A DNA stretch of 26,053 nt from a virus: UHGV virus genome UHGV-0219829; one strand, given 5' to 3'. A model generated the notes under the pieces. The model searched no databases, had not been told where the DNA came from, and saw nothing but the letters and a program-made list of their open reading frames with translations. Positions 8,105-17,378 of the stretch are shown one piece after another; the first letter of the stretch is position 1, and every line of letters starts with the position of its first letter. Both the position numbers and the translations under genes were made by a program.

Positions 8105-9215
8105 CATCACCTCTGCTATTTTTCTCTGCTATTTCAGAACCTATAAGCTTAATATGTTTATTGATTCTTCGTGCTACTTCATGGGCCTGTCTATCATACT
8201 CTACCGTGGCAACCATGCCTGCTGCATCTATCAAAGCTGCTTCAACTTGATAAAGTAACTGGAGAAAGTCCTTAGTAATATCAGATGTCAATTGATAGGC
8301 AACTGCGAGTGGAGCCCCCATTCGGAATTGCTCCAATGCCTTAGGGCTACTTACAACAGCAGCTAGTTCTCTTAAATTACGTGATTCTCCTACACGAGTT
8401 TTTTTATCCTCGCCTTTTTTATATAACCATTCAGTTAGTTCTTTTATTTCTTTGTTCTTTAAACTCTTAGAATTGATGATAGGATGACTTGGTATTGTGT
8501 CTCCATCGTCTTCGATTGAAACTCCGACAAACTGGCCTAACCGCTCATCAGCAAGTGCTGTTGATAATACTGAAAATTTAATCGTTTCTTCATCTAGCTT
8601 TTCAATACCATAAAAATCATTTTTTTTAATGATTTCATACACCGCTAAAGCGTCTAGGTTACGCTTGATATGATCCCTACGACTGCCAATAGCTCTGGCA
8701 ACCTCATAGTAGCGTAGCATTGGATCCAGATTTGCATTGGTATAATCAAAAAGCTGTTTAATATATCGAGCTTTTGATAAGGGTTCCCATTGTTTGACAC
8801 CAGTAATATGTCTGAAACCAAGGTACGGAAGAATCTCTTCTCTTGTTTGGCGCTCAATGACAGGAACACGATCGACCGTATGTTTTGCATTTGATGCAAT
8901 TTCTCGTAGTCGAGCACTTGGATTTTCACATAGTGTCGGATCGCGTAATAATTTGACCGCGGATAGGCGACGGTTTCCTTCAACTACAATGTACTTCCCC
9001 GGCGCTCCACTATCAGGAATGACAATCAATGGTTCTCCAGGGAAAAAACCATTTTCCGCAATAGCACTCATTAGGTCTTCGATAGATGTTGAGGTTGCTA
9101 TGTAGTTAATCATTCCCAATTGGTCACGAGACACGCCTTCAGGAAGTCTTGGGTTTTCTGTGTCAAGTTCCAAATCATCTAGCGGAACATAAAGTATTTC
9201 TGAATCAGCAATCAT
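8094..9215 (-). CDS. ParB/Srx-like N-terminal domain protein (ParB-like nuclease/NTP-binding fold) with probable HTH; candidate defence component
   Basis: About 373 aa from ATG 9215, which has a GGAG Shine-Dalgarno 6 nt upstream (the track start 9254 is TTG). ParB box-like motifs are seen directly: LDDLELDTENPR and IVVEGNRRLSAVK (GxRR arginine finger-like). Confidence 0.7.
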   Translation of the reverse strand: MIADSEILYVPLDDLELDTENPRLPEGVSRDQLGMINYIATSTSIEDLMSAIAENGFFPGEPLIVIPDSGAPGKYIVVEGNRRLSAVKLLRDPTLCENPSARLREIASNAKHTVDRVPVIERQTREEILPYLGFRHITGVKQWEPLSKARYIKQLFDYTNANLDPMLRYYEVARAIGSRRDHIKRNLDALAVYEIIKKNDFYGIEKLDEETIKFSVLSTALADERLGQFVGVSIEDDGDTIPSHPIINSKSLKNKEIKELTEWLYKKGEDKKTRVGESRNLRELAAVVSSPKALEQFRMGAPLAVAYQLTSDITKDFLQLLYQVEAALIDAAGMVATVEYDRQAHEVARRINKHIKLIGSEIAEKNSRGDDDF

Positions 9216-9441
9216 CTGGATCTCCGTTGAACATGTCCACGAGAAGGAGCACAAAGTTATTTCATAACATGCAATATACTCATTCTGTAGCCATAAATGA
9301 ATTATTCATGATGTAAGATTCGCGTTGATGTGCGTGAATTCGCAAGTAATTATACAGCAAGGTTTGATTGGGTATCGTCAGCACCAGTGCGGTTCCAACG
9401 TACTCATGCAACTGCATTAAAACCGCCCCATGAAGCGGGCG

Positions 9442-9460
9442 GGCGAGGCGGGGAAAGCAC
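9442..9460. other. cos: cos cohesive-end site (GGCGAGGCGGGGAAAGCAC) for terminase cleavage/packaging
   Basis: The 19-mer matches the P2 cohesive end as I recall it (from memory, not verified). It lies in the non-coding region just upstream of portal gene Q, where cos sits in P2. Confidence 0.6.
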
Positions 9461-9602
9461 TGCGCGCTGGCGGTGGTGCTGATTTTATTTTTTCAGCGTC
9501 TCAGCGCGTCGTAATGGCGTTTAGATTGTGCGCCGGGGCGTTGGTGTGTCTGCGGGCTGTTTTGTGCGGTGGTGAGTGTGTGAGGGCGTGATGACGGGGT
9601 GT

Positions 9603-9628
9603 AAAAAAGCCGCCCGCAGGCGGCGATG
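9603..9628 (-). terminator. Rho-independent terminator of the leftward P-Q late operon
   Basis: On the minus strand, 5 nt after the Q stop: GCCGCC-tgcg-GGCGGC hairpin followed by TTTTTT. Confidence 0.7.
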
Positions 9629-9629
9629 T

Positions 9630-10664
9630 TCAGCCGTTGTCAGTGTCCAGTGAGTAGTTTTTAAAGCGGATGACCTCCTGGCCGAGCCAGCCGTTTATCT
9701 CGCGGATCCTGTCCTGTAACGGGATAAGCTCATTGCGGACAAAGACCTTTGCCACTTTCTCAATATCACCCAGCGACCCGACGTTCTCCGGCTTGCCGCC
9801 CATCAACTGAAAAGGGATGCGGTGCGCGTCCAGCAGGTCTGCGGCGCTGGCTTTTTTGATATTAAAAAAATCGTCCTTCGTTGCCACTTCACTGAGCGGG
9901 ATAATTTTAATGCCGTCGGCTTTCCCCTGTGGGGCATAGAGAAACAGATTTTTAAAGTTGTTGCGGCCTTTCGACTTAACCATGTTTTCGCGAAGCATTT
10001 CGATATCGTTGCGATCCTGCACGGCATCAGTGACGTACATGATGTATCCGGCATGTGCTCCATTTTCGTAATACTTGCGGCGGAACAGCGTGGCCGACTC
10101 ATTCAGCCAGGCAGAGTTAAGGGCGCTGAGATATTCCGGCAGGCCGTACAGCTCCTGATTAATATCCGGCTCCAGCAGGTGAAACACGGAGCCGGGCGCG
10201 AAGGCTGTCGGCTCGTTGAAGGACGGCACCCACCAGTAAACATCCTCTTCCACACCACGGCGGGTATATTTTGCCGGTGAGGTTTCCAGTCTGATGACCT
10301 TACCGGTAGTGCTGTAACGCTTTTCCAGAAACGCATTACCGAACACCAGAAAATCCAGCACAAAGCGGCTGAAATCCTGCTGGGAAAGCCACGGATGCGG
10401 GATAAATGTCGAGGCCAGAATATTACGTTTGACGTAAATCGGTGAGCTGTGATGCACGGCAGCACGCAGGCTTTTTGCCAGACCGGTAAAGCTGACCGGT
10501 GGCTCATACCATCTGCCGTTACTGATGCACTCGACGTAATCCAGAATGTCACGGCGGTCGAGTACCGGCACCGGCTCGCCAAAGGTGAATGCTTCCATTT
10601 TCGGGGCGCTGGCGGTCATTTTTTTTGCCGCAGGTTGCGGTGTTTTCCCTTTTTTCTTGCTCAT
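9630..10664 (-). CDS. Q: Portal protein (gpQ)
   Basis: 344-aa ORF, the same size as P2 gpQ. Its ATG overlaps the P stop (ATGA). Lysine-rich N-terminus. Confidence 0.9.
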   Translation of the reverse strand: MSKKKGKTPQPAAKKMTASAPKMEAFTFGEPVPVLDRRDILDYVECISNGRWYEPPVSFTGLAKSLRAAVHHSSPIYVKRNILASTFIPHPWLSQQDFSRFVLDFLVFGNAFLEKRYSTTGKVIRLETSPAKYTRRGVEEDVYWWVPSFNEPTAFAPGSVFHLLEPDINQELYGLPEYLSALNSAWLNESATLFRRKYYENGAHAGYIMYVTDAVQDRNDIEMLRENMVKSKGRNNFKNLFLYAPQGKADGIKIIPLSEVATKDDFFNIKKASAADLLDAHRIPFQLMGGKPENVGSLGDIEKVAKVFVRNELIPLQDRIREINGWLGQEVIRFKNYSLDTDNG

Positions 10665-12436
10665 CAGTAAAACTCCAGAATGGTGGATGTCAGCGGGGTG
10701 CTGATACCGGCGGTGAGTGGCTCATTTAACAGGGCGTGCATGGTTGCCCAGGCGAGGTCGGCGTGGCTGGCTTCCTCGCTGCGGCTGGCCTCATAGGTGG
10801 CGCTGCGTCCGCTGCTGGTCATGGTCTTGCGGATAGCCATAAACGAGCTGGTGATGTCGGTGGCGCTGACGTCATATTCCAGACAGCCACGGCGGATAAC
10901 GTCTTTTGCCTTGAGCACCATTGCGGTTTTCATTTCCGGCGTGTAGCGGATATCGCGCGCGGCGGGATAGAACGAGCGCACGAGCTGGAACACGCCGACA
11001 CCGAGGCCGGTGGCATCAATCCCGATGTATTCAACGTTATATTTTTCGGTGAGTTTGCGGATGGATTCCGCCTGGGTGGCAAAGTCCATGCCTTTCCACT
11101 GGTGACGCTCAAGTATTCTGAATTTGCCACCGGCCACCACCGGCGGTGCCAGTACCACGCATCCGGCGCTGTCGCCACGGTGTGACGGGTCGTAACCAAT
11201 CCATACCGGGCGGGAGCCGAACGGATTGGCGGCAAAGGGTGCATAGTCTTCCCATTCTTCCAGCGTGTCGACCATGCAGCGTTGCAGCTCCTCGAACGGG
11301 AACACCGACGCCTTGTCGTCAACAAATTCACACATGAACAGGTTTTTAAAATCGTCGGCGCTGTTTTCGCGTTTGAGCTGCTCAATGTCGAACAGCGTGC
11401 AGCCACCTTTCAGGGCGTCCTCAATGGTGACAATCTGTCGCCACTGGCCGTCCGCACAGAGAAGCCCACCGGCAAGGGCGTTATGACTGACGTCGATTTC
11501 CACGCGTTCGGCGGCGCTGGCGCGTCCCCGGTTAAACAGTTCACCCGACCAGAACGGGTAGGCGTCGTGCGCCAGCGTGGACGGGGTGGAGAAATAGGTC
11601 GAGCGCAGGTGGCTCTGTGAGGCCATACCTGATGCCACCTTACGCAGTACCTGAAAATTCGGGATCCAGAAAATCTCGTCGACGTACAGGTCGCCGTTAT
11701 GGCTCTGTGCGGTGTTGGAGTTGGTGCCGAGAAAAATCAGTTTTGCGCCGTTATTGCCCAGGACAATCGGGTCACCGGTCAGGTCAACGTCAACCAGCCG
11801 GGCAAAGGCGATGATGTATTCGCGGAACACATACGCCTGCGTTTTACTGGCCGACAGAAAAATCTGGTTATGACCGGTTTTCAGGGCACGCAGCAGCGCC
11901 TCGCGGGAAAAATAAAACGTCGCGCCAATCTGGCGGGATTTCAGGATATCGCGGATGCGGTGCTCAAGCCCGGCGCGATACCAGTGCAACTGATAGTCGA
12001 AAGACTGCTCAAAGAAAATCTGCTCCAGCTTTTCGATGGCCTCGTCACTGAAAAAATTCTTTTTCGGTTTGCGACGCCCGCCTTTGTTGCGGTTAGCGAC
12101 GTTCGGATTAAGGTCTGCCTCGTTGCCGGTCTGACTGTAGCGGTTTACCCGTGCCAGTCGTTCAATCTGGCGTCCGAGCAGGTCAATTTCCTTGAAGTCA
12201 CCACCGGTTTTCTGCGGTTTGATGATGAGCTGGGTCAGCCGCGCTTCCAGACTCATTTCGACACGGCTGATGGGGGCAACGCTGTCCCAGCCGTCGCGCT
12301 GTTTCCAGCTCTGCACCGTCGGGCGTTTCATCTGCAACATGGCGGCAATCTGCGGCACGGAAAACCCCTGCCAGTACAGCAGCGCCGCCTGACGACGCGG
12401 GTCGTGTAAAAGAGTGGTGTCTGTGGTGATGGTCAT
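10664..12436 (-). CDS. P: Terminase large subunit (gpP)
   Basis: 590 aa from ATG 12436, which has a GAGG Shine-Dalgarno (the track start 12466 is TTG). Size equals P2 gpP; located upstream of the portal. Confidence 0.9.
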   Translation of the reverse strand: MTITTDTTLLHDPRRQAALLYWQGFSVPQIAAMLQMKRPTVQSWKQRDGWDSVAPISRVEMSLEARLTQLIIKPQKTGGDFKEIDLLGRQIERLARVNRYSQTGNEADLNPNVANRNKGGRRKPKKNFFSDEAIEKLEQIFFEQSFDYQLHWYRAGLEHRIRDILKSRQIGATFYFSREALLRALKTGHNQIFLSASKTQAYVFREYIIAFARLVDVDLTGDPIVLGNNGAKLIFLGTNSNTAQSHNGDLYVDEIFWIPNFQVLRKVASGMASQSHLRSTYFSTPSTLAHDAYPFWSGELFNRGRASAAERVEIDVSHNALAGGLLCADGQWRQIVTIEDALKGGCTLFDIEQLKRENSADDFKNLFMCEFVDDKASVFPFEELQRCMVDTLEEWEDYAPFAANPFGSRPVWIGYDPSHRGDSAGCVVLAPPVVAGGKFRILERHQWKGMDFATQAESIRKLTEKYNVEYIGIDATGLGVGVFQLVRSFYPAARDIRYTPEMKTAMVLKAKDVIRRGCLEYDVSATDITSSFMAIRKTMTSSGRSATYEASRSEEASHADLAWATMHALLNEPLTAGISTPLTSTILEFY

Positions 12437-12609
12437 GAATACCTCGCCGTGATGAATACACGGCAAGGCTACTGAGTCGCGCCCCGCGATTCGCTAAGGT
12501 GCTGTTGTGTCAGTGATAAGCCATCCGGGACTGATGGCGGAGGATGCGCATCGTCGGGAAACTGATGCCGACATGTGACTCCTCTAATCACTATTCAGGA
12601 CTCCTGACA
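12437..12609. promoter_or_regulatory. Divergent late promoter region (by analogy with P2 PP leftward and PO rightward, activator-dependent)
   Basis: Non-coding region between divergent P and O. I could not locate a perfect TGT-N12-ACA element, so exact promoter elements are unassigned. Confidence 0.4.
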
Positions 12610-13464
12610 ATGGCAAAAAAAGTCTCAAAATTCTTTCGTATCGGCGTTGAGGGTGACACCTGTGACGGGCGTGTCATCAGTGCGCAGGATATTCAGGAAA
12701 TGGCCGAAACCTTTGACCCGCGTGTCTATGGTTGCCGTATTAACCTGGAACATCTGCGCGGCATCCTGCCTGACGGTATTTTTAAACGTTATGGTGATGT
12801 GGCCGAACTGAAGGCCGAAAAGATTGACGATGATTCGGCGCTGAAAGGCAAATGGGCGCTGTTTGCGAAAATCACCCCGACCGATGACCTTATCGCGATG
12901 AACAAGGCCGCGCAGAAGGTCTACACCTCAATGGAAATTCAGCCGAACTTTGCCAACACCGGCAAATGTTATCTGGTGGGGCTGGCCGTCACCGATGACC
13001 CGGCAAGCCTCGGCACGGAATACCTGGAATTCTGCCGCACGGCAAAACACAACCCTCTGAACCGCTTCAAATTAAGCCCTGAAAACCTGATTTCAGTGGC
13101 AACGCCTGTTGAGCTGGAATTTGAAGACCTGCCTGAAACCGTGTTCACAGCCCTGACCGAAAAGGTGAAGTCCATTTTTGGCCGCAAACAGGCCAGCGAT
13201 GATGCCCGTCTGAATGACGTGCATGAAGCGGTGACCGCTGTTGCTGAACATGTGCAGGAAAAACTGAGCGCCACTGAGCAGCGCCTCGCTGAGATGGAAA
13301 CCGCCTTTTCCGCACTTAAGCAGGAGGTGACTGACAGGGCGGATGAAACCAGCCAGGCATTCACCCGCCTGAAAAACAGTCTCGACCACACCGAAAGTCT
13401 GACCCAGCAGCGCCGCAGCAAGGCCACCGGTGGTGGCGGTGACGCCCTGATGACGAACTGCTGA
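12610..13464 (+). CDS. O: Capsid scaffolding protein (gpO)
   Basis: 284 aa from ATG 12610 (MAKKVSKFF...). The track start at 12544 adds 22 residues with no Shine-Dalgarno. Size equals P2 gpO. Confidence 0.9.
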   Translation: MAKKVSKFFRIGVEGDTCDGRVISAQDIQEMAETFDPRVYGCRINLEHLRGILPDGIFKRYGDVAELKAEKIDDDSALKGKWALFAKITPTDDLIAMNKAAQKVYTSMEIQPNFANTGKCYLVGLAVTDDPASLGTEYLEFCRTAKHNPLNRFKLSPENLISVATPVELEFEDLPETVFTALTEKVKSIFGRKQASDDARLNDVHEAVTAVAEHVQEKLSATEQRLAEMETAFSALKQEVTDRADETSQAFTRLKNSLDHTESLTQQRRSKATGGGGDALMTNC

Positions 13465-13523
13465 CCGGCGTCAGTCAGTCCGGGAAAAACCTTCACGATT
13501 AACCCTTAATTTCAGGAAAAACT

Positions 13524-14597
13524 ATGCGCCAGGAAACCCGCTTTAAATTTAATGCCTACCTGTCCCGTGTTGCCGAACTGAACGGCATCGACGCCGGTGA
13601 TGTGTCGAAAAAATTCACCGTTGAACCGTCGGTCACCCAGACCCTGATGAACACCATGCAGGAGTCCTCTGACTTTCTGACCCGCATCAACATTGTGCCG
13701 GTCAGCGAAATGAAAGGGGAAAAAATTGGTATTGGTGTCACCGGCTCCATCGCCAGCACCACCGACACCGCCGGTGGCACCGAGCGTCAGCCGAAGGACT
13801 TCTCGAAGCTGGCGTCAAACAAGTACGAATGCGACCAGATTAACTTCGATTTTTATATCCGCTACAAAACGCTGGACCTGTGGGCGCGTTATCAGGATTT
13901 CCAGCTTCGTGTCCGTAACGCCATTATCAAACGCCAGTCCCTTGATTTAATCATGGCCGGTTTTAACGGCGTGAAGCGTGCCGAAACCTCTGACCGCAGC
14001 AGCAATCCGATGCTACAGGATGTGGCGGTCGGCTGGCTGCAGAAATACCGCAATGAAGCCCCGGCGCGCGTGATGAGCAAGGTCACTGACGAGGAAGGCC
14101 GCACCACCTCTGAGGTTATCCGCGTGGGTAAGGGCGGTGATTATGCCAGCCTTGATGCACTGGTGATGGATGCGACCAACAACCTGATTGAGCCGTGGTA
14201 TCAGGAAGACCCTGACCTTGTGGTGATTGTGGGACGTCAGCTACTGGCGGACAAGTATTTTCCCATCGTCAACAGGGAGCAGGACAACAGCGAAATGCTG
14301 GCCGCTGACGTCATCATCAGCCAGAAACGCATCGGTAACCTGCCGGCGGTACGCGTCCCGTACTTCCCGGCGGATGCGATGCTCATCACAAAGCTGGAAA
14401 ACCTGTCCATCTACTACATGGATGACAGCCATCGCCGCGTGATTGAGGAAAACCCGAAACTCGACCGCGTGGAGAACTACGAGTCAATGAACATTGATTA
14501 CGTGGTGGAAGACTACGCCGCCGGTTGTCTGGTGGAAAAAATTAAGGTCGGTGATTTCTCCACACTGGCTAAAGCGACCGCAGAGCCGGGAGCGTAA
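13524..14597 (+). CDS. N: Major capsid protein (gpN)
   Basis: 357-aa ORF, equal to P2 gpN; follows the scaffold gene. Confidence 0.9.
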   Translation: MRQETRFKFNAYLSRVAELNGIDAGDVSKKFTVEPSVTQTLMNTMQESSDFLTRINIVPVSEMKGEKIGIGVTGSIASTTDTAGGTERQPKDFSKLASNKYECDQINFDFYIRYKTLDLWARYQDFQLRVRNAIIKRQSLDLIMAGFNGVKRAETSDRSSNPMLQDVAVGWLQKYRNEAPARVMSKVTDEEGRTTSEVIRVGKGGDYASLDALVMDATNNLIEPWYQEDPDLVVIVGRQLLADKYFPIVNREQDNSEMLAADVIISQKRIGNLPAVRVPYFPADAMLITKLENLSIYYMDDSHRRVIEENPKLDRVENYESMNIDYVVEDYAAGCLVEKIKVGDFSTLAKATAEPGA

Positions 14598-14600
14598 CCG

Positions 14601-15344
14601 ATGACGAGTCCCGCACAGCGCCACATGATGCGGGTCTCGGCAGCGATGACCGCGCAGCGGGAAGCCGCCCCGCTGCGACATGCAACTGTCTATGAGCAGA
14701 TGCTGGTTAAGCTCGCCGCAGACCAGCGCACACTGAAAGCGATTTATTCAAAAGAGCTGAAGGCCGCGAAAAAACGCGAACTGCTGCCGTTCTGGTTGCC
14801 GTGGGTGAACGGCGTGCTGGAGCAGGGCAAAGGTGCACAGGATGACATTCTGATGACGGTCATGCTGTGGCGTCTGGATACCGGCGATATTGCCGGTGCG
14901 CTGGAGATTGCCCGTTATGCCCTGAAGTACGGTCTGACCATGCCGGGTAAACACCGCCGCACCCCGCCGTACATGTTCACCGAGGAGGTGGCGCTTGCGG
15001 CCATGCGCGCTCACGCTGCCGGTGAGTCTGTGGATCCCCGCCTGCTGACGGACACCCTTGCACTGACCGCCACGGCAGACATGCCTGATGAAGTGCGCGC
15101 AAAGCTGCACAAAATCACCGGTCTGTTTCTGCGTGACGCTGGTGATGCCGCCGGTGCGCTGGCTCACCTGCAACGCGCAACACAGCTCGACTGTCAGGCA
15201 GGCGTCAAAAAAGAGATTGAACGACTGGAGCGGGAGCTGAAACCGAAGCCGGAGCCGCAGCCCAAAGCGGCCACCCGCACTCCGCGTAAGACCCGGAGCG
15301 TGACACCGGCAAAACGTGGACGCCCGAAAAAGAAAGCCAGTTAA
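14601..15344 (+). CDS. M: Terminase small subunit (gpM)
   Basis: 247-aa ORF, equal to P2 gpM; basic KRGRPKKK C-terminal tail. Confidence 0.85.
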   Translation: MTSPAQRHMMRVSAAMTAQREAAPLRHATVYEQMLVKLAADQRTLKAIYSKELKAAKKRELLPFWLPWVNGVLEQGKGAQDDILMTVMLWRLDTGDIAGALEIARYALKYGLTMPGKHRRTPPYMFTEEVALAAMRAHAAGESVDPRLLTDTLALTATADMPDEVRAKLHKITGLFLRDAGDAAGALAHLQRATQLDCQAGVKKEIERLERELKPKPEPQPKAATRTPRKTRSVTPAKRGRPKKKAS

Positions 15345-15443
15345 CAACCGAATGCGCCCCGCGCCAGGGCGGCACGCCGGTCAGTGACGGTGAATCACCT
15401 GACACTGCACCGGCGTCCACCGCCCGACTTTTCAGAGGTAGTC

Positions 15444-15953
15444 ATGATGACGCTGATTATTCCGCGAAAGGAGGCTCCCGTGTCCGGTGAGGGTACGGTG
15501 GTTATCCCGCAACCGGCAGGCGACGAGCCGGTGATTAAAAACACGTTCTTTTTTCCCGATATTGACCCGAAGCGCGTCCGGGAACGTATGCGCCTTGAGC
15601 AGACCGTCGCCCCCGCCCGTCTGCGTGAGGCCATCAAGTCAGGCATGGCGGAGACGAATGCGGAGCTGTACGAGTACCGCGAACAGAAAATTGCCGCCGG
15701 TTTTACGCGTCTGGCGGACGTCCCGGCGGACGACATCGACGGTGAAAGCATCAGGGTTTTTTACTACGAGCGCGCCGTGTGTGCGATGGCGACCGCGTCG
15801 CTTTATGAGCGTTATCGCGGCGTGGATGCCAGTGCGAAAGGCGACAAGAAGGCCGACAGCATTGACAGCACCATTGATGAGCTGTGGCGGGATATGCGCT
15901 GGGCAGTGGCGCGTATCCAGGACAAGCCGCGCTGCATCGTGAGTCAAATCTGA
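15444..15953 (+). CDS. L: Head completion/stabilisation protein (gpL)
   Basis: 169 aa from ATG 15444 with a GAGGT Shine-Dalgarno (the track start 15384 is GTG). Size equals P2 gpL. Confidence 0.85.
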   Translation: MMTLIIPRKEAPVSGEGTVVIPQPAGDEPVIKNTFFFPDIDPKRVRERMRLEQTVAPARLREAIKSGMAETNAELYEYREQKIAAGFTRLADVPADDIDGESIRVFYYERAVCAMATASLYERYRGVDASAKGDKKADSIDSTIDELWRDMRWAVARIQDKPRCIVSQI

Positions 15954-16156
15954 TGAAGACCTTTGCGCTACAGGGCGACACGCTCGACGCCATTTGTGTC
16001 CGGTATTACGGGCGCACTGAGGGCGTGGTCGAGGCCGTGCTCGCCGCAAATCCGGGACTGGCTGAACTGGGGGCGGTGCTGCCACACGGCACCGCCGTCG
16101 AACTGCCCGACGTTCAGACCGCGCCCGTGGCTGAAACTGTCAATCTGTGGGAGTAA
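15953..16156 (+). CDS. X: Tail protein X (LysM-like small protein)
   Basis: 67 aa from ATG 15953, overlapping the L stop (TGATG). Size equals P2 gpX. Confidence 0.8.
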   Translation: MKTFALQGDTLDAICVRYYGRTEGVVEAVLAANPGLAELGAVLPHGTAVELPDVQTAPVAETVNLWE

Positions 16157-16159
16157 CGC

Positions 16160-16441
16160 ATGACAGCAGAAGAAAAAAGCGTCCTGTCGCTTTTCATGAT
16201 TGGGGTGCTGATTGTTGTCGGCAAGGTGCTTGCCGGTGGTGAACCCATCACTCCGCGTCTGTTTATCGGGCGCATGTTGCTCGGTGGTTTTGTCTCGATG
16301 GTTGCCGGTGTTGTTCTGGTGCAGTTTCCTGACCTGTCACTGCCTGCGGTGTGCGGCATCGGCTCCATGCTGGGTATCGCCGGTTATCAGGTGATTGAGA
16401 TTGCCATTCAGCGCCGCTTTAAGGGCAGGGGGAAACCGTAA
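16160..16441 (+). CDS. Y: Holin (gpY)
   Basis: 93-aa ORF with hydrophobic transmembrane stretches and a charged C-terminus (RRFKGRGKP); GGGAG Shine-Dalgarno. Size equals P2 gpY. Confidence 0.85.
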   Translation: MTAEEKSVLSLFMIGVLIVVGKVLAGGEPITPRLFIGRMLLGGFVSMVAGVVLVQFPDLSLPAVCGIGSMLGIAGYQVIEIAIQRRFKGRGKP

Positions 16442-16938
16442 TGCCGGTAATTAGCACACATCAGAATATCGCCGCCTTTCTCGACATGCTGGCGGTGTCC
16501 GAAGGGACGGCGAATCATCCGCTGACGAAAAACCGGGGCTATGACGTGATAGTCACCGGACTGGACGGAAAGCCGGAAATTTTCACCGACTACAGTGACC
16601 ACCCGTTCGCACATGGCCGACCGGCGAAGGTGTTTAACCGTCGCGGTGAAAAATCCACGGCCTCCGGTCGCTATCAGCAGCTTTACCTGTTCTGGCCGCA
16701 TTACCGCAAACAGCTTGCCCTGCCGGATTTCAGTCCGTTGTCACAGGACAGGCTCGCCATTCAGTTGATCCGCGAACGCGGTGCACTGGATGACATCCGG
16801 GCGGGACGCATTGAGCGTGCCATTTCACGCTGTCGCAATATCTGGGCGTCCCTGCCGGGTGCCGGTTACGGTCAGCGTGAGCATTCACTGGAAAAACTGG
16901 TCACCGTCTGGCGTACCGCTGGCGGCGTACCGGCTTAA
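16441..16938 (+). CDS. K: Endolysin (gpK)
   Basis: 165-aa ORF following the holin; size equals P2 gpK. Confidence 0.85.
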   Translation: MPVISTHQNIAAFLDMLAVSEGTANHPLTKNRGYDVIVTGLDGKPEIFTDYSDHPFAHGRPAKVFNRRGEKSTASGRYQQLYLFWPHYRKQLALPDFSPLSQDRLAIQLIRERGALDDIRAGRIERAISRCRNIWASLPGAGYGQREHSLEKLVTVWRTAGGVPA

Positions 16939-16952
16939 ACGGAGTAAACACC

Positions 16953-17378
16953 ATGAAGAAATTATCCCTTTCACTGATGCTGCACGTGTCGCTGGCGCTG
17001 ATGCTGGCACTGTCCCTGATTTATCCGCAGAGCGTGGCCGTCAGTTTTGTCGCTGCCTGGGCGATTCTGGCGACGGTTATCTGTGTGGTTGCCGGTGGTG
17101 TCGGGGTGTATGCCACTGAGTATGTGCTGGAACGCTACGGGTGGGAGCTGCCGCCGGAATCGCTGGCCGTGAAGATTGTCACGTCGCTGTTTTTGCAGCC
17201 GGTGCCGTGGCGCAGACGGGCGGCGGCTCTGGTGGTGATGGTGGCGACGTTTATCTCGCTGGTCGCCGCCGGGTGGATTTTTACCGCGCTGATTTATCTT
17301 GTGGCGTCGCTGTTTTTCCGGCTGATACGTAAAGCCTGTCGTCAGCGTCTTGAGGAGCGGGAACCATGTCAAGGCTGA
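16953..17378 (+). CDS. lysA: Lysis timing regulator LysA (membrane protein)
   Basis: 141-aa ORF, strongly hydrophobic with multiple transmembrane segments, following the endolysin gene. Confidence 0.8.
   Translation: MKKLSLSLMLHVSLALMLALSLIYPQSVAVSFVAAWAILATVICVVAGGVGVYATEYVLERYGWELPPESLAVKIVTSLFLQPVPWRRRAAALVVMVATFISLVAAGWIFTALIYLVASLFFRLIRKACRQRLEEREPCQG

Noticed and set aside
7626-9105. Plus-strand ORFs antisense to the cargo genes (7626-8024, 8073-8258, 8794-9105)
   Set aside because: Serine/leucine-rich low-complexity translations with no ribosome-binding sites; the minus-strand genes have ParB motifs and translational coupling. A small antisense regulator cannot be excluded from sequence alone.
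10103-12409. Long antisense or overlapping ORFs inside terminase P and portal Q (e.g. 10103-10582, 10930-11406, 11699-12409, 9822-10280)
   Set aside because: High-GC coding DNA produces long stop-free alternative frames. They have no Shine-Dalgarno sites and lie wholly inside well-supported structural genes.
12437-12609. Exact Ogr-type late promoter elements (TGT-N12-ACA) upstream of O/P, and likewise upstream of FI
   Set aside because: Scanning by eye found no perfect TGT-N12-ACA match, so the regions are annotated only generically as promoter-containing.
14748-16085. Minus-strand ORFs overlapping M, L and X (14748-15347, 15395-15751, 15639-16085)
   Set aside because: Same GC artefact; they are antisense to a tightly packed late operon with translational coupling.
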